A stretch of DNA of 51,217 bases, the filler included, from Catajapyx aquilonaris (taxonomy: Eukaryota), in NCBI GenBank assembly GCA_000934665.2. It is 3 parts of 3 records of this genome, joined end to end, with 100 filler letters (N's around TTAATTAATTAA, not from the genome) between each part and the next. Parts side by side here need not be neighbours in the genome. Positions count along the whole stretch, not along the records: positions 1 to 16,987 come from JYFJ02007060.1; positions 17,088 to 34,073 come from JYFJ02007061.1; 1 more part is not named here. The stretch is one strand, 5' to 3'. Shown here piece after piece: positions 10,591 to 23,700 of this stretch. A program made the translations under genes and the position numbers. The notes beneath the pieces were generated by a model. The model saw nothing but the letters and a program-made list of their open reading frames with translations, was not told the DNA's origin and did not search any database. Every line of letters starts with the position of its first letter. Within the stretch, counting starts at the first letter, position 1.

Positions 10591-12540
10591 TCATATAAGG
10601 AAGTGATCATCATGCGTACGATTTGAAACCATTTTAGGTTTTTTATAAGCCCGTGCATGTGAATATGTGCGAAGTATTTCCAGTGAAAACGAGATTACAG
10701 AAACGATCAAGCCCATGCTCAACAGTGTGAACGCACCCAGCAATCTCTCCAAGGAAAACACCACCCTATCATCACCATCAATATCAACAATGCCGATCAT
10801 GCGTCGACGAGATGATTCCAACAATTTCGTGGTGTGTTTAAAAAGTCTCTCCCTTTTCACCTCCAATCCTATGCTGAAATAGATGTGCATCCAGCGATCG
10901 AAGTTTGTCAAGTACAGACTATCCTTAGGCACACCTATGGAAAAATAAAGCGCGGATGATATTGAATCTTCTGACAAAAAAGCATCTCCCTTACCAAGCA
11001 CGTCCAATCTATTCAGACATTTTTCCAACCAATCGCTGACACTCACGCAAACAGTGTCTTCTGTCAAAATGGTCTCATAGCATGTGTCCCAGTCTGATAC
11101 GGGTTCTAGTTTTCCCATTAATTCCTTAAACCAATCTGCCATTTCATCCAAATCTACGCTATGCACTAATACAAAGTAATCCGAATCTGGAATTCTGACA
11201 GAGAACTTGGATTTTACCAATTCTTGGAACGTGTCGGGTAAGTTTTCTTTCGGAGGGAAAGTCAGGATGTGGTACAGCTGGTAACGATAGCAGGTGTTGA
11301 TAATCATTGCAAAATAAACCCAAACCAGGACAAACATCCTAACTGGTAGTATTTCCTTACGACTAAAACTTTGCTCTAGAGCCAACCGTATGAGATACGC
11401 CATTCTCGAAATAAACTCTCGTAAATACGCCCGCCAAGATCTAGTTTGTGATAGGATTGCAAGAAATGCGCTTGATATGGTCAGAAACAGCCCAATCAAG
11501 CACCAAAGGAGATATCCGAACGGCAACACTGTAATAAACGGGGTAATTAAATTACGAGGCGAGCGCATGAGGTAGGTTAATCGAACACTCAAGTAAGGAC
11601 TTAGGAAATCAAGTACCGGATATGTAAGTTCCATAATAAGACATTTAGGGAAGAAATTAATTCTTCCGCTGATTAAGCCTTCTAGAAATTCACCAAACAT
11701 TCTCATGTAATCGAGTGAAGAGTAGTTGTGCCTCGATATGTGCCACGAGAAGTTTAGGGCCTCTCCTAGAAAGCACATATTAGTTAGATTCCATGTCGGG
11801 TTGCATTCTAAATAACTGGCACTCTCATAAGTTACAGAGTGAAGGTCTTTTCCGTGCAAGTCATTGGCAGTGTCCCGGAATAATTTGCTCGATTCAAGTT
11901 CCAATGAGGTGGGTATTTCAAGAGTCTCCATAACTGCCTCCCCACCCATGCAAAAGAGGCAAACAGAGTTGACTTGTATGGTGCTGTGGTTGTCACTCGA
12001 AGCGACAGACAACTTAAACTTGATCTCAGAAGTTGGTTTCCTGAGAAGAAAACTGGAGTCGTCAGAGTCTCTAACCCAAAACACGAATCTGTCCCTGATC
12101 TTGTTGGCCACCACGACACTCGCGTCTTCATCCAAGACATGATGTCTCACCATATAGTCGTGGTCGGATGAACACGAGATGACCAGGTGAGTAGCACACT
12201 TGACCCTCTTCATCTCTGGGTCCATCTCCATCACTGATGCTGCTGGATGATGATGAAGGGGTGTCCCTGAAGAGCAGTTCCAAGGAAGGGACGACATGGA
12301 TCTGGAGACGAGCGAGGGGCGTCCAAGTGTGGCCACGTGTCTCAGGAGGTTCGTGACGCACCTGGGCAACGCACCATACACGTCGTGACTCACCACCAAG
12401 GGACACTCCGTCTCTGTATCTCCCTCCAGAAGGTTCCACACGAACTCTGTCTGCACACTACTGTCATCGGTGTCCGTTTGTGTGACAATGTGACCAGTGA
12501 CGACGTGAATCACAACATGCAACAAAAGGAGAAGCTTCAT
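10591..12540 (-). CDS. Divergent ionotropic receptor (IR, variant iGluR chemoreceptor), single exon, ~649 aa
   Basis: ATG at 12540 (MKLLLLLHVVIHVVTG signal peptide). Pre-M1/M1 VLPFGYLLW, pore LALEQS, M3 RMFVLVWVYFAMIINTCY..QLYHILTFP, S2 LPDTFQELV and FSIGVPKDS, M4 FSLERLLGAFTLLSMGL..FSLE. Being intronless is typical of divergent IRs. Confidence 0.88.
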   Translation of the reverse strand: MKLLLLLHVVIHVVTGHIVTQTDTDDSSVQTEFVWNLLEGDTETECPLVVSHDVYGALPRCVTNLLRHVATLGRPSLVSRSMSSLPWNCSSGTPLHHHPAASVMEMDPEMKRVKCATHLVISCSSDHDYMVRHHVLDEDASVVVANKIRDRFVFWVRDSDDSSFLLRKPTSEIKFKLSVASSDNHSTIQVNSVCLFCMGGEAVMETLEIPTSLELESSKLFRDTANDLHGKDLHSVTYESASYLECNPTWNLTNMCFLGEALNFSWHISRHNYSSLDYMRMFGEFLEGLISGRINFFPKCLIMELTYPVLDFLSPYLSVRLTYLMRSPRNLITPFITVLPFGYLLWCLIGLFLTISSAFLAILSQTRSWRAYLREFISRMAYLIRLALEQSFSRKEILPVRMFVLVWVYFAMIINTCYRYQLYHILTFPPKENLPDTFQELVKSKFSVRIPDSDYFVLVHSVDLDEMADWFKELMGKLEPVSDWDTCYETILTEDTVCVSVSDWLEKCLNRLDVLGKGDAFLSEDSISSALYFSIGVPKDSLYLTNFDRWMHIYFSIGLEVKRERLFKHTTKLLESSRRRMIGIVDIDGDDRVVFSLERLLGAFTLLSMGLIVSVISFSLEILRTYSHARAYKKPKMVSNRTHDDHFLI

Positions 12541-12874
12541 TCTTGAGGAATTGAACAAATAGTCTGCGAACTATGATGGCCAAATAATTTTTATTGCACT
12601 CTACACTACGCCCATACTTCGACTGACAGCTCTGCTTGGGGAATGAAGGCAAGTTTATATATTGCGAGTTGTCGATAAATTAGCGATTTTAATCTCAAAG
12701 TAGGCCCTAAGTGCTCTTCAGAATCACATAGAAACGAAATCAATTAAAACCTGTGGTTACCGCTCCCAACAGAACCCACCCTGTCTAATACATGTCTGCT
12801 CCGCTGCATACTAACTTGAAAGTAACGTTAATGATCTTGAGTTAATGGATTGCGGATTCAATAATATATTATTG

Positions 12875-13300
12875 TCGATGGGTGGTTTGACCATGTGGAG
12901 AGGATGAAGGAGGAGGAGATTGTGAAGAAGGTTTATTTGGGTGGAGTAGTTGGTAAGAGGGGCAAGGGTAGGCCTATAGGAAGACATGGTTGGACCAGGT
13001 GGGCCAGTGTCTTAAGGGTGTTGCTAGTGTTAAGCCGAGACGTTCTTGTGTCAATAGGGCCATGGACGTGGCTGAGGCTAGGGTTGTTTGTTTGGATAGG
13101 TGTAAATGGCGTAGGTTAATTAATGGGTAAGTAGGTAAATATGTCTGAGGATAAGGTGATGTCTGAGGTGGGCAGGGGTGGGGGGTGGGACAGGTTGTTT
13201 TTAGGTTTATTCTCATCAGTTTTATTAGTTCATATGTTGGGTTAGCTTGCGTCTCCCTTCATCGCCGACTACCCCTCATAGGGAAATGTCGTGATGTTGC

Positions 13301-13345
<45 letters not shown>

Positions 13346-13358
13346 CGTTGTTGTTGTT
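12875..13358 (+). mobile_element. 5'-truncated RTE-clade LINE 3' end with (GTT)n tail
   Basis: WFDHVERMKEEEIVKKVY..GKRGKGRP/TWLDQV matches the RTE ORF C-terminal motif, with a frameshift. The 3' UTR ..CGCCGACTACCCCTCATAGGGAAA.. is followed by a (GTT)n microsatellite at ~13295-13358. Confidence 0.8.
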
Positions 13359-13403
13359 ATGATAAATATTAATTATAAGATTATAATCGATGTAATACAT
13401 TTT

Positions 13404-13665
13404 CTTTTCTTTTCTTTTGTTTTTTTATACTGCATTGGGAGAATCGGCGCTCCATTAGGGGGGTGGAATACCACCATACCACCATTGGATGGGGCCAAGG
13501 ATAGGGAACGACGGAAGCGGTTGTGGCCTATTATACGGAAGCAATCCCGGATTTCTCCTGGGGGGACCGTGGAAAACCACAGAAAACCACGGTCAGGATC
13601 ACCAGCCCCGGGATTCGAACCCAGGACGTCCCGACTAGCAGCCCCTACACCAACCTGCTTCGGTA
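13404..13665 (-). mobile_element. tRNA-derived SINE family A, copy 1
   Basis: Minus-strand head ACCGAAGCAGGTTGGTGTAGG and B box GGTTCGAATCC. TSD TAATACATTTT at 13393-13403 and 13666-13676. Confidence 0.8.
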
Positions 13666-14302
13666 TAATACATTTTGTTGGTTATGAGAGAAACAATATG
13701 GCAACATTTACGAGCTAGTGAACATCATTTGCTGTGGTACAGGTGTGTGAATGAGAAATTTTCACTTGTAAATAATATATTACATTTTATCACTCGACAT
13801 TTTGAGCATTGGATTTCGTTGAATTTTCTACCCAACCATATAATAATCGGCATCTTAATCTTTATCAATGAACTTAAAGGACACAGACATTAGGCCTACA
13901 TAATATTTTTAATCTCAGCATTTTTAGTTAGTCTATTTTTCTCGATACATATTGACGCTGAACATATATATATATTTTTGATACCTCAAAGAATTACATG
14001 CAGATTATAATTATCTCGTTCGTGTATGTTCTTATCTCCTCAAAAACGCACTCGTAAAAAACCTCTTTTCCTCTCAAAAATTGTGAAATGGCCGTAAGTC
14101 TCCGCAGCATGCCAAGAGAAGCACGAGCTACTCAGTAGCGGCTATTGCAATACTGCAATTCTGCTATTTAATGACATGCACTCTAAGCTTTCGCATTCGT
14201 AACTGGAGACACCCGTACTTTTACCTACTCTCGTATAGGAGTCGGCAGGCTGAAGAATAGGCGTGTATCCGCTGATGATAGGGCTGTATTAGCGATGAAG
14301 AA

Positions 14303-14339
14303 AGGTTAGATTAGGTTAGGTTAGGTTAGGTTAGGTTAG
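14303..14339 (+). repeat. Short interstitial (TTAGG)n tract, probably internal to a dispersed repeat
   Basis: About 7 TTAGG units. A related tract with a similar flank lies inverted at ~35945-35990. Confidence 0.7.
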
Positions 14340-14910
14340 TACATCGAACATCCTAGTTTTGCCATATACGAAGCAGTGAAAATTAATACTCTCGCACTAC
14401 ATAAACACACTAAGCGTTCGTAGTTTCAAGTCGATGAGTTCAGACCTTTAATGTGCAATATTTGGCTAGCAGTTCTATAACAGCCGATATTATATTCACG
14501 AAGCCATTAGAACCTGTGAAGCTGAGAAAATGTCTCAGTGAAACTTTAAAAGGCAGTAAAAGGGATGCCAGTTTTGGAATCGGCGCAACAGTTATACCCT
14601 AAACCTTCCTGGCACCAAAAACAAATTTCAATTTTGTTCCCTTGTGTTATTCCTACAATAGGTCGGTCTTGAAAACATATAGTATTAGTGGTATAGGTAG
14701 TTTGTTAAATTAATTACTTCTTCCTTTTAGACTCGTAGAGTTTTTTTTCTCTATAACCAGCTCTTGCTATAACCAACATTGGCGTATGTTACTGTAGAAC
14801 TACACTTTACAGTGTAGTGTCATCACGTTGTAAGTGAATAATAATTGCTCTACGGACCATTTGCATACGCAGGTGTTGCGAGTTTATAAGTACGGTACCG
14901 TACGAGAGTA

Positions 14911-15224
14911 AATAATAATAATAATAATTAATAATTTGTACCCCGTGCTAGAGCCATGGGCTCTCTTAGGGGGGTGGGATACCACCATTTATTTTTTGTC
15001 TGGAACTCTTACTTGCATTTTTACTTTTTCTTATTGGGGAAGGGATAGGGACGGAAGGAAGCGGCTGTGGCCTATAATTACGGACACGACCCCGGAATTG
15101 TCCTGGTGGGACCATGGGAAACCACAGAAAACCACGGTCAGGGTCGGCGGACTCCGGGATTCGAACCCATGACCTCCCGATTAGCAGTCGGATACCAAAT
15201 TTCCTCCGCTACCACTGCTTCGGT
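14911..15224 (-). mobile_element. tRNA-derived SINE family A, copy 2
   Basis: Same head and B box as copy 1, an (ATT)n tail, and a 15-bp TSD TACCGTACGAGAGTA at 14896-14910 and 15225-15239. Confidence 0.85.
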
Positions 15225-15489
15225 TACCGTACGAGAGTATAAGTACCGTATGTGTCGGTGCAGGATCTACAGTCCGCAGTATCAGTCTAGCACTGCAACT
15301 ATGAAGACACAGCCGTTATTCTCTCCCTAGGTGTGCTCCTAACGTTGGGGAAAATTCACAAATGCAAAGGCCAAGGGGGACATCCAGTCAAGAAGCACTC
15401 AGTGGTAAGGTCATATTAGTTGCAAAGTAATGCCTAATGAATAAGAATGTGTCTTTAATTGTGCTGTAATTTATCAGTAACTTAACTTA

Positions 15490-15740
15490 ATTGTTTTATT
15501 GTAGGGACGATAGTCCCTATAAGTAAGATCCTCGTGCAAAAACAACAATGAAAATTTTCCTTGTTCTTGTTGTTCTTGTTCTTGTTGGGAGGACGTTTTT
15601 CTGTCAAGCATATCTCAAAAACCGTTGCAAGTACAGCCTTCATATTTTGAACACGTATCCGGCCCGACGTGCTTCAGTGCCCGATCCCCTACACAAAAAA
15701 CCCAAGGACGTAACAGAACCCCGAAATAAAATTATAAATG
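15490..15740 (+). mobile_element. Possible DINE/Helentron-like non-autonomous element fragment
   Basis: T-rich start, hairpin TAGGGAC-GATA-GTCCCTA, a (CTTGTT)n microsatellite, then ATATCTCAAAAACCG. Confidence 0.4.
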
Positions 15741-16987
15741 AATAATTCATTATGAGCAGCAATGCGTGCAACTGGAATCCATGTGTGACAACAGTCACAC
15801 ATTATATAGAATATTATTTTGTGTAAATATCATCTCTACACTTTATGCGGAATTACGTACGCTAACTGCTTAAATAAATAGATGCTTTACCTTATTTTCA
15901 TTACATTATTATTAAATAAACATTTCATTCATTCAACTTGTTATTATATTTCATTCAGTTTCCACGGTATCCTCCTTAGGTCAACAGTTGAGTGACTCGA
16001 TTATGACTGTTGTTGTCAAATATTATTGAATTTGTCTTGGATACGATAACTCTATCATGTTCATAAATGAATTCCATTCGATCTTCGTGTCATCAGTCCT
16101 CCTGCACCCTTCAACCACTTAAACTAACTAAACTGAAACTATCTTGATTTTGGTAAGTTAATGCATTTATAATTCACGCAGGCTTCGTAAACCCCTGCCA
16201 GCGGTTCGTCCTTGCCGATATACGTAGCCCAACCAGTTAGACTTCGGTGTTGCCCCCTTTCTCCTCCCGCTGATTCGAACGGCAACCACTTACCACATAG
16301 GCATACGACGCCTGTATGATATAATATGACTTTAGTGTTTTTCTCACTCCCAATAACCGACTTTCTTCCCTTTCTCTCACCATCATGTAACAGGATGATG
16401 AGAGAGGCCATGATCTTATTTCTTGTCCCTGCAATACTAGAGTAGTATTTTGAGGAGATTTGTGTCCACATGGGAAAGTGATTGAGTGGGCATGGGTATA
16501 GGACCCGAACAACGCGACAACCTCCACGTGGTGGGTCCTGGGTACAGCCGGGTAGCGAATAATCACTTCTAACCACCTCATACATTTGAGAACTTAGACA
16601 GATGTCATGAAGAAGGGACTTGTGATAATGAAATTTGGTCGGAAAGAAATTAACCAAGCAACCAACTATAAGCAGCCATCTTTCACAAGATAAAACTAAT
16701 CAGAAATCAACTCTCTCCTCTCAACTGTGTACGAACCTTAACCCCTTCCAAAAAAAACCCCCCTTTCCGACGCCCAAGAGGTAAGGATCCGCTCCTCTCT
16801 CTGTACCATGACAATTCCCACCATGCCTTTCCTAGGTCCAGAACTTATATGACAAAAGTCGTTGAGACTCTCAACACTTCCTGACAATCCTGCCTGCCAC
16901 CTCAACATCTCCATAAACTCTATCTCCCCTCTCCTCTCAACTGTGTACGAACCTTAATAAAACCGACCAAGAAAATCTTCTCCCCGC

Positions 16988-17087
16988 NNNNNNNNNNNNN
17001 NNNNNNNNNNNNNNNNNNNNNNNNNNNNNNNTTAATTAATTAANNNNNNNNNNNNNNNNNNNNNNNNNNNNNNNNNNNNNNNNNNNN
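16988..17087. other. Artificial scaffold-joining linker N44-TTAATTAATTAA-N44
   Basis: Exactly 100 bp. The 12-mer has stop codons in all six frames, and the linker is identical to 34074-34173. Confidence 0.95.
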
Positions 17088-17739
17088 GGGGCCTTCATGT
17101 GCCGAATTCGGGTGACAGATGATTCCTGCCAGTTGGCACCACTGTCAACCCCTAAGCTGATTGAGCGGCGTGAAGTAAAAACGCGCCCCGGCCGCTATCT
17201 TGCTCACGGAATGGGACGGTTGCTAACAACAGCGAAGCATTTTACAACAATGACGGGGCACGTTCTATAACACCATTTTTGCGTTCATTTCACTTCGCGT
17301 GACGTCAACATTTTCTAGGGAAACAGTGACGTCACCATTTCCCTACATAAAAACCCCAATTACTCCGGAACGGGAACTGATATCTTAAAACGGAATATGC
17401 CAAAAAAATCCAAAAAATATGGGCGAATTTACTATGTAGTTTCCAAAATGAAGGCTAGTTCCCCATTGGTCTCATTGCTGCAACATTGCTTATCAAATAT
17501 CTCACATGTAAATGTGGCCAAGCCAGATTTACATGTGAGCGATTTGATAAGCTAAGTCTTCACTAAGGCTGAGTAACCCAAGTAACCAAAATTGTTTGAG
17601 GTAAAAATCGTGTTAATGTCAGCGAAGATTCCACTCCGGTGTGCTTGTAAAACTGCTCACATGTAAAAGCAGCTGAAGGCTGATATGAAATACTGTATTG
17701 TTAGTTGGACAGTAACATGTTTCCCCCTTGTCGTGGCAG

Positions 17740-20700
17740 AGTCAAGACTTGGAAGCCAACGAAGCCATAATATCCAGAAACATCAGTGAAATTGCTGCTC
17801 TCTTGAGTGGTGCAGACACAGAAGAAGGCAGTTGGGCAAATGCAGGTATGATTATAATTCCTTATTCATATATTCCTGAAGGCCTTGGTTGCAGACTGTG
17901 CAGAATATACATCTCAGAAGTAGAAGTGGGGGAAAATGGGCGGCGGAAATCTTCAGCAGAATAGTGGACCTAATGTTTTAATGTTGCAACATAGTAGTAC
18001 TGTACTATGGCACGCAAAAGTAATATCGCGACTGTTTATGTTTTTCTGTGTTTATGTGTTGGTAATCCTGGGCGCTGCCAGGTTACCGTGGTTGTTTATT
18101 TGGCGTTATTCCAGAATCCACAACACTGTGATCACCGGTCACAGTCGTGGTCCCTTGCCTCATGGTCCCATGGCCACACGGTCCGGGTCTCAGTAGGCGG
18201 GCGGGGGTGGGAGGTGCATTGCGTTGTCTGCTGAAGGTGAAAGGGCTTCTCGTTGGGTGGAAGGTGGGATGGGAGGGGCAGATGAGGCAGTGGCCACGAT
18301 CTGTGTCATGCATGGTTCTCCCGTACCATCTCTCCCTGCATGGCACAATCTCCCCCCGTTTGACGGTATATCTGCAAACCATCTATTATTTTCTGGAGAA
18401 TCATGCATGACCCAAGACTCAAACCTAACATGTATTGTACCTTGTGTCTCTCACAACTAGTGTCACCAAATATGACTGCTGTAATGCAAATACATTGTCG
18501 GGATCATAATTCTTGGGCATGTGCATGAGCAAGTATCCAATAAAATAAATTTTAGTTACATTTCAGAGGAAAACTAATTCCATGTTCTCTTGGTGTTTCT
18601 CTTTCTTTTGATATATACTAGGAAAACCCTCTCTCCGCTCGTATTTTCCTAGGGCGCATGTCGAGAAAACCACTTGCTTCGCTCACTCTTTTCTACGCCT
18701 GCGGGGTAGGCCATGTTCTTAATGATGCTCATCCAACAATATTATCAGCATCATAATCGCCTTCCTCTCCCGTCCCCCCTTCCCCCCATCACCCCAAATA
18801 AACAACCACGGTAACCTGGCAGCGCCCTGGATTACCAACACATAAACACAGAAGCACATAAACAGTCGCGACATTACTTTTGCCTGTCATAGGGCCGTTT
18901 TCTCGAACAGTGGTTCAAATGTAAACCGGGTTCAAAGCCAGTTGAATCCCTGATTTGATTGTTGTTAGGCTGTTGTCAAGGGTTTGAACCGGGTTTACAT
19001 TTGAACCACTGTTCGAGAAAACGGCCCATAGTACAGTCCAACCAACAGGTATTGTGTGTGTCACATTGGAGCTGTCCGTCCATCTAGCAGGGTGGCAGGC
19101 ACGTGAAGGGCTCCCGATATCAAACTTTATACAATGGGATCAATGGAAAGTCATATCGTTTATCCACATCTAGCGACGCCGCATGGTTGGGCAGGCAGGG
19201 CTGGCTCCAAACAGGTTGGCTACGCGATGCAAACAATTGGTTGCTGGGAGAGCGCAACAAATGGTGTATTCTTACCTCTGCTACGCGAACCAATCCTATG
19301 ATTGCTGGGACCATGGTCTCAATGAAGGAGGTGTCGAACGCCATGAGGGTTGCTGCAGTTCGTTGACCCAAAGAACGACATGATGTAACACCATCCTGTT
19401 TTCTGAGCGTATGCAGTACGTAGTATGTCTGCAGAATAAGTCGTGGACATGATTGGAGTGGAGAGCAGGGTGGAAGCGGGCGGATAGTGACGTCCTGTCA
19501 TTCGCTGATTTAACTGACTCTGTGAAGGTAAACTTCGCTCTTGGAAAAGCCACAGTAATGTTCGTTGGCCTGCGGCGGCCTGTTGCGGTAACAAAACTCC
19601 GTACAGCGTCACCAAGACAGAGGACTATTCCATCCAATAATCACCTCAAAATCTGTCCCAAATAGAATCCTTGAAGACCCGTAAATGATAATAAACACTG
19701 TTCCATGTAACAAACAGAATACAGCTTCGAAAAAAACAGACGCGAATCCCATGAATGGATCAGTTCCGGTCCTTTTCATTTCCCATTAACCCCATGCAAA
19801 CACTAACCAATTTTTGTTTCGTCAATTTTTGCCATTGCTTTTCACAGGTAGAGAAGCAGCCTCCACATCTGGCAATCCTCAAGAATCTGGCGGACCCTCC
19901 ACACTTGATGGAGGAAACTCGGAGCAGGAAGAAGATCTTGGAAGGAGGGAAAGTACTGGAGTATGTGTGATAATATTTTTGTTTCAAATGGATAATATCA
20001 AGTAGGGTGGGGAATCTGTTGGATGGCAGTCGATATTGCTGTGGTCAGCCTCAGCTTACATTGAACATGTAAGCTGAGGCTGACCACAGCAATATCATTA
20101 CATGTTAGTGTTAACTAATAACATTTGAAGTCATGTCAACATGTTCCTGGATGCCTGCAAGCCATAGATTGAAGATTTCTCAGATCTAGGCCCTCCCCAT
20201 CACATTCTCAGGATGTACCTATGAGCTGCAATATTATTCTATGTCGTAGGTCACCGCTTCTGAAGTCTCAGACAATCCTACACCAGGTGAGGGTGATGGC
20301 CTTCCATCCACATCAGCTGACCCATCAATTGCTCAAGCCAGCAGTCCAAGTAGGAGGAAGAGGACGAGGAGGAAACAACTTCTCGTAAGTAACATTCTGG
20401 CAGAAAAGGGTAGCATATTCTTATCCACATGAACACATTTTCTGGTAACACTGGGAATCTTGCACGCTTCTTTAAATATTAAAATAAGTACTGTCTTCAC
20501 TAGGGTTTGCCAGGTGTCTCGTATTTGAGCAATTTTTCCAGGATAATTTTTGAGGAAGTAACACTTTATCAATGAATATGCAAAGTCTTCTCCTTTCCAT
20601 ATGCTCATAATGCACACTACTGCATACTGATTAATGAAACTATCCATAAAAATGCAAAATTAGCGCACCAAAAAATTATGCAGGACCAAAATAAATTCAG

Positions 20701-23700
20701 TAATTATTATCTTCTGCCGTCTCCTTCTTGCCAAATATGCCTGGAATGTTATTTACATACATTTATCAATTTGTGAAAAAGTTAAGCAGGGAAGAATTAA
20801 TAGTGTAATTAGGCATTATTGACCACTGATTTCGCATATTTCAGGCTCCTGTGCACAAGGACACAGAGAACAGTGATCAGTCCTTGGCTGATTCGAGTGA
20901 TTCTGGGGATGAGTATATTCCTCCAAGTTGCTCAAAAGAAAATGGGGGTGCTGCCTTGAAGAGAAGGAGGAAGAAGCAAAAAGGAAAGGTAGGTATTGCT
21001 AAATGACTGACCTGTTCTGACCCTCTTGACCCCAGGGCAATTATTGTTGGACTTAAGGAAGCTTTCTACATTACTCTGGGAGGATTCAACTGTTCATTGT
21101 ACTAATATTTGCCATTACACTAAAAGAAGCTATTTAAATCGGTTATGGGGCAGAGACTTTCTAAGTCAAAACAAACAAACAAACAAGAAAGGCTCACGCA
21201 GATAGGCAGATCCTTTACACAAAGACTATATAAGTAAATTGTATTAAACCGTACATATTGGACCCTCACACAGGTTGTTCTTATGGGCTCCTAGGCTACA
21301 TTTTCCATCCTATGTAAGAAAGTCGTCCTTATTTTTAAATGAATTCGTTTTTTTTGTTTTTTGCTTGGAGAAATAAATATTAGAGTCTGACCTATGACCG
21401 ATCTCAGATAATAATAATTAAGGCCCATTCACACAGGCCATCGACGGTTTTGGTTTTTGGTCTCGTCGACACCGCGTACCAATCAGAAATGGGTCCTCAC
21501 GTAAACAACGCGTCATGGTTACCATGAGGGCCCGCTCTGATTGGTCCAAAACCAAAACCGTCGACGGCCTGTGTAAATGGGCCTTTATACGGTATCATAT
21601 TGCCCTCTGACGTCACTGTTGTCAAATGATCGGTGCAGAGGCAGGAATGCACCTGGGTTGCCTGTTCGTTGCCTAACAACGGAATCGAACGACAGCCAGT
21701 TAAGCCTAATCGAACAGCCGCCATGCAACGGCCTGCTGGCATCACTGGTGTCCATCCTTGGTTGGGCAGGAGATTTACTAACAGACACTTGTAAGGATGA
21801 ATTGGAAAGTCTCATTGTGCTTTGCCAGATACTTCAGCTTGTCATGTCTCCAGTTCTTCTCTTTGAGTCCATTGAGGCACTGGAACAGCTGATTGCGGAA
21901 CACTTAGACAAGTTTATTTCCTGCTATGGTTCCAAGAACATAACCCCCAAACTTCACATGTTGCTTCACCTGCCAAAACAGATATTCAATCACGGCCCTG
22001 CAAGGCACCATTGGACCATGCGTTTTGAGGGGAAAAATGCAATTTCGAAGGCAATTTTTTTTTTTTTCAACTTCCGAAATGTTACCTTCTCTGTGGCTGA
22101 ACATATGCAAATGTGTGAATCAGACAGCTTTTGGGATGGTTCAGGTCAGCCCAAGTGTATGGTAGATGTCAATACCATAAATTATGAGAGCTGTACTCCA
22201 TTTCCCTTGACACAGGCATTTGTTCAAGGTCGCGATGACATGCAAATTGGTCAAGTTGGACTGTCCATTAAGAAAGTGGTCATTAACAATGTCACTTTGC
22301 GATGTTGTGATGTTGTGATGGTGGGAGATTTACAGAATGTGAGGTTCGCCATGATTGAGGTTATTGTAACAGTTGACAGAGAAAAGGTGTACTTTAGGAC
22401 AGTACCACTGTCTTTCGTGAAGTACGTGAGGTCCTTGAATGCTTTTAAATATAAGACATCTATTCATGTGAAGGTCACCATTAGCCGTGGCCTTCGTGTC
22501 CATACCAGAAATGTGGAATTAAGTACTTCATACTGAATTCCATACACACTGCATCGCTGTGGCAGTAGAGTATCTCCACATTGCTCTGCTGGTGTTATGA
22601 AGAAAATGTTTCATTTATTTCATTTCATGTTTCATTACATTTGTTCCATCTCAGTGATTATGTAATGTCATCATGCGTTGTGATTATGATTTGCAAATGT
22701 GACCTACTAACCGTCATTATATATTTGACATTTTTTTACAGACAACTCAACCCCCAAACTCGACATGTGATGTACAACTACCATCCTTCTCAGTTGTCCT
22801 TAAGCCACTACTAGAGGGGTATAGCCTTGATAAGAAAACACATACCTCTCTCTGCAGACAGATGAGGCGTGAACTGAGGCAGTACATATTGTAAGTGAAG
22901 TCTTCACTATCCAAATACTTTAGGGTCAATAGTATGACGGAAAAGTTTACAGTACAAGTACACATACATTGGGACACTTTAAAATTATTGGAATGAAAAT
23001 GGAAAATGGTTTGTATGCCAATATTGATTATTATCTGTGCTGAATGGTTCACACCTGCATTCTTATTTGTCACAGCGGCATGTGACAGAGGGGGCAATGG
23101 GGCATTGCCTTCCTCCCACTTTGCGGGTGAGCCCACTGTTTTTTTTTGTTTAACGTGGTTGGCGGAGTGGAGAGTCACTCTCGTCTGGGCTTCGTGCCGG
23201 AAGGTCGCCATTGGACTGCGCTCTAAGTTTGAGTATCACATTTATGTGTGTGGGGACATTGTTTAACGCCCGTGTGGGTGATGTTCAAGTACGAGAGACA
23301 GTATTGTTGAACGCCCGGGTTGGGTGATGATCAGGGAAGTGGAGCTCTCGTTGCAAGGGTGTCATTTGAATCGTTACAGTGTTGAGTATTATTATTTTGT
23401 ACACACCGAGGTGTGGTTGTAAGACAAATGACATGTCCTTTCCTCCTCCTCCATTATTGGGATTGCTGTTGGGATGATTATTTTTGTGTTGTCGGAGGAG
23501 GATGTTGCAATGACCAAGTGAATAGGGTTCATTGTACAAGAGGTGATGCAAGGGTTGCGTGATTGTTGCCTCAAGGAAACGATGGTAGCGGCAGGGACTG
23601 TTATGCTTTATCTATTGCGCCAAGGGTTGTAGATTGATGATTGTTGATGAGCATTATTAAATGGGGAAATGTGTCCCTTTTGGCTATGGGAATCTGCAGT

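Noticed and set aside
13185..13718. 177-aa ORF with poly-Val (and poly-Ile ORFs at ~35222-35555)
   Set aside because: These are translations of LINE/SINE microsatellite tails.
14303..14339. Telomere
   Set aside because: Only about 7 units, embedded in internal sequence.
16700..16987. Possible R2/NeSL-like zinc-knuckle remnant on the minus strand, with a 29-bp direct repeat (16713 and 16929)
   Set aside because: Too degenerate and cut by the scaffold end to assign.
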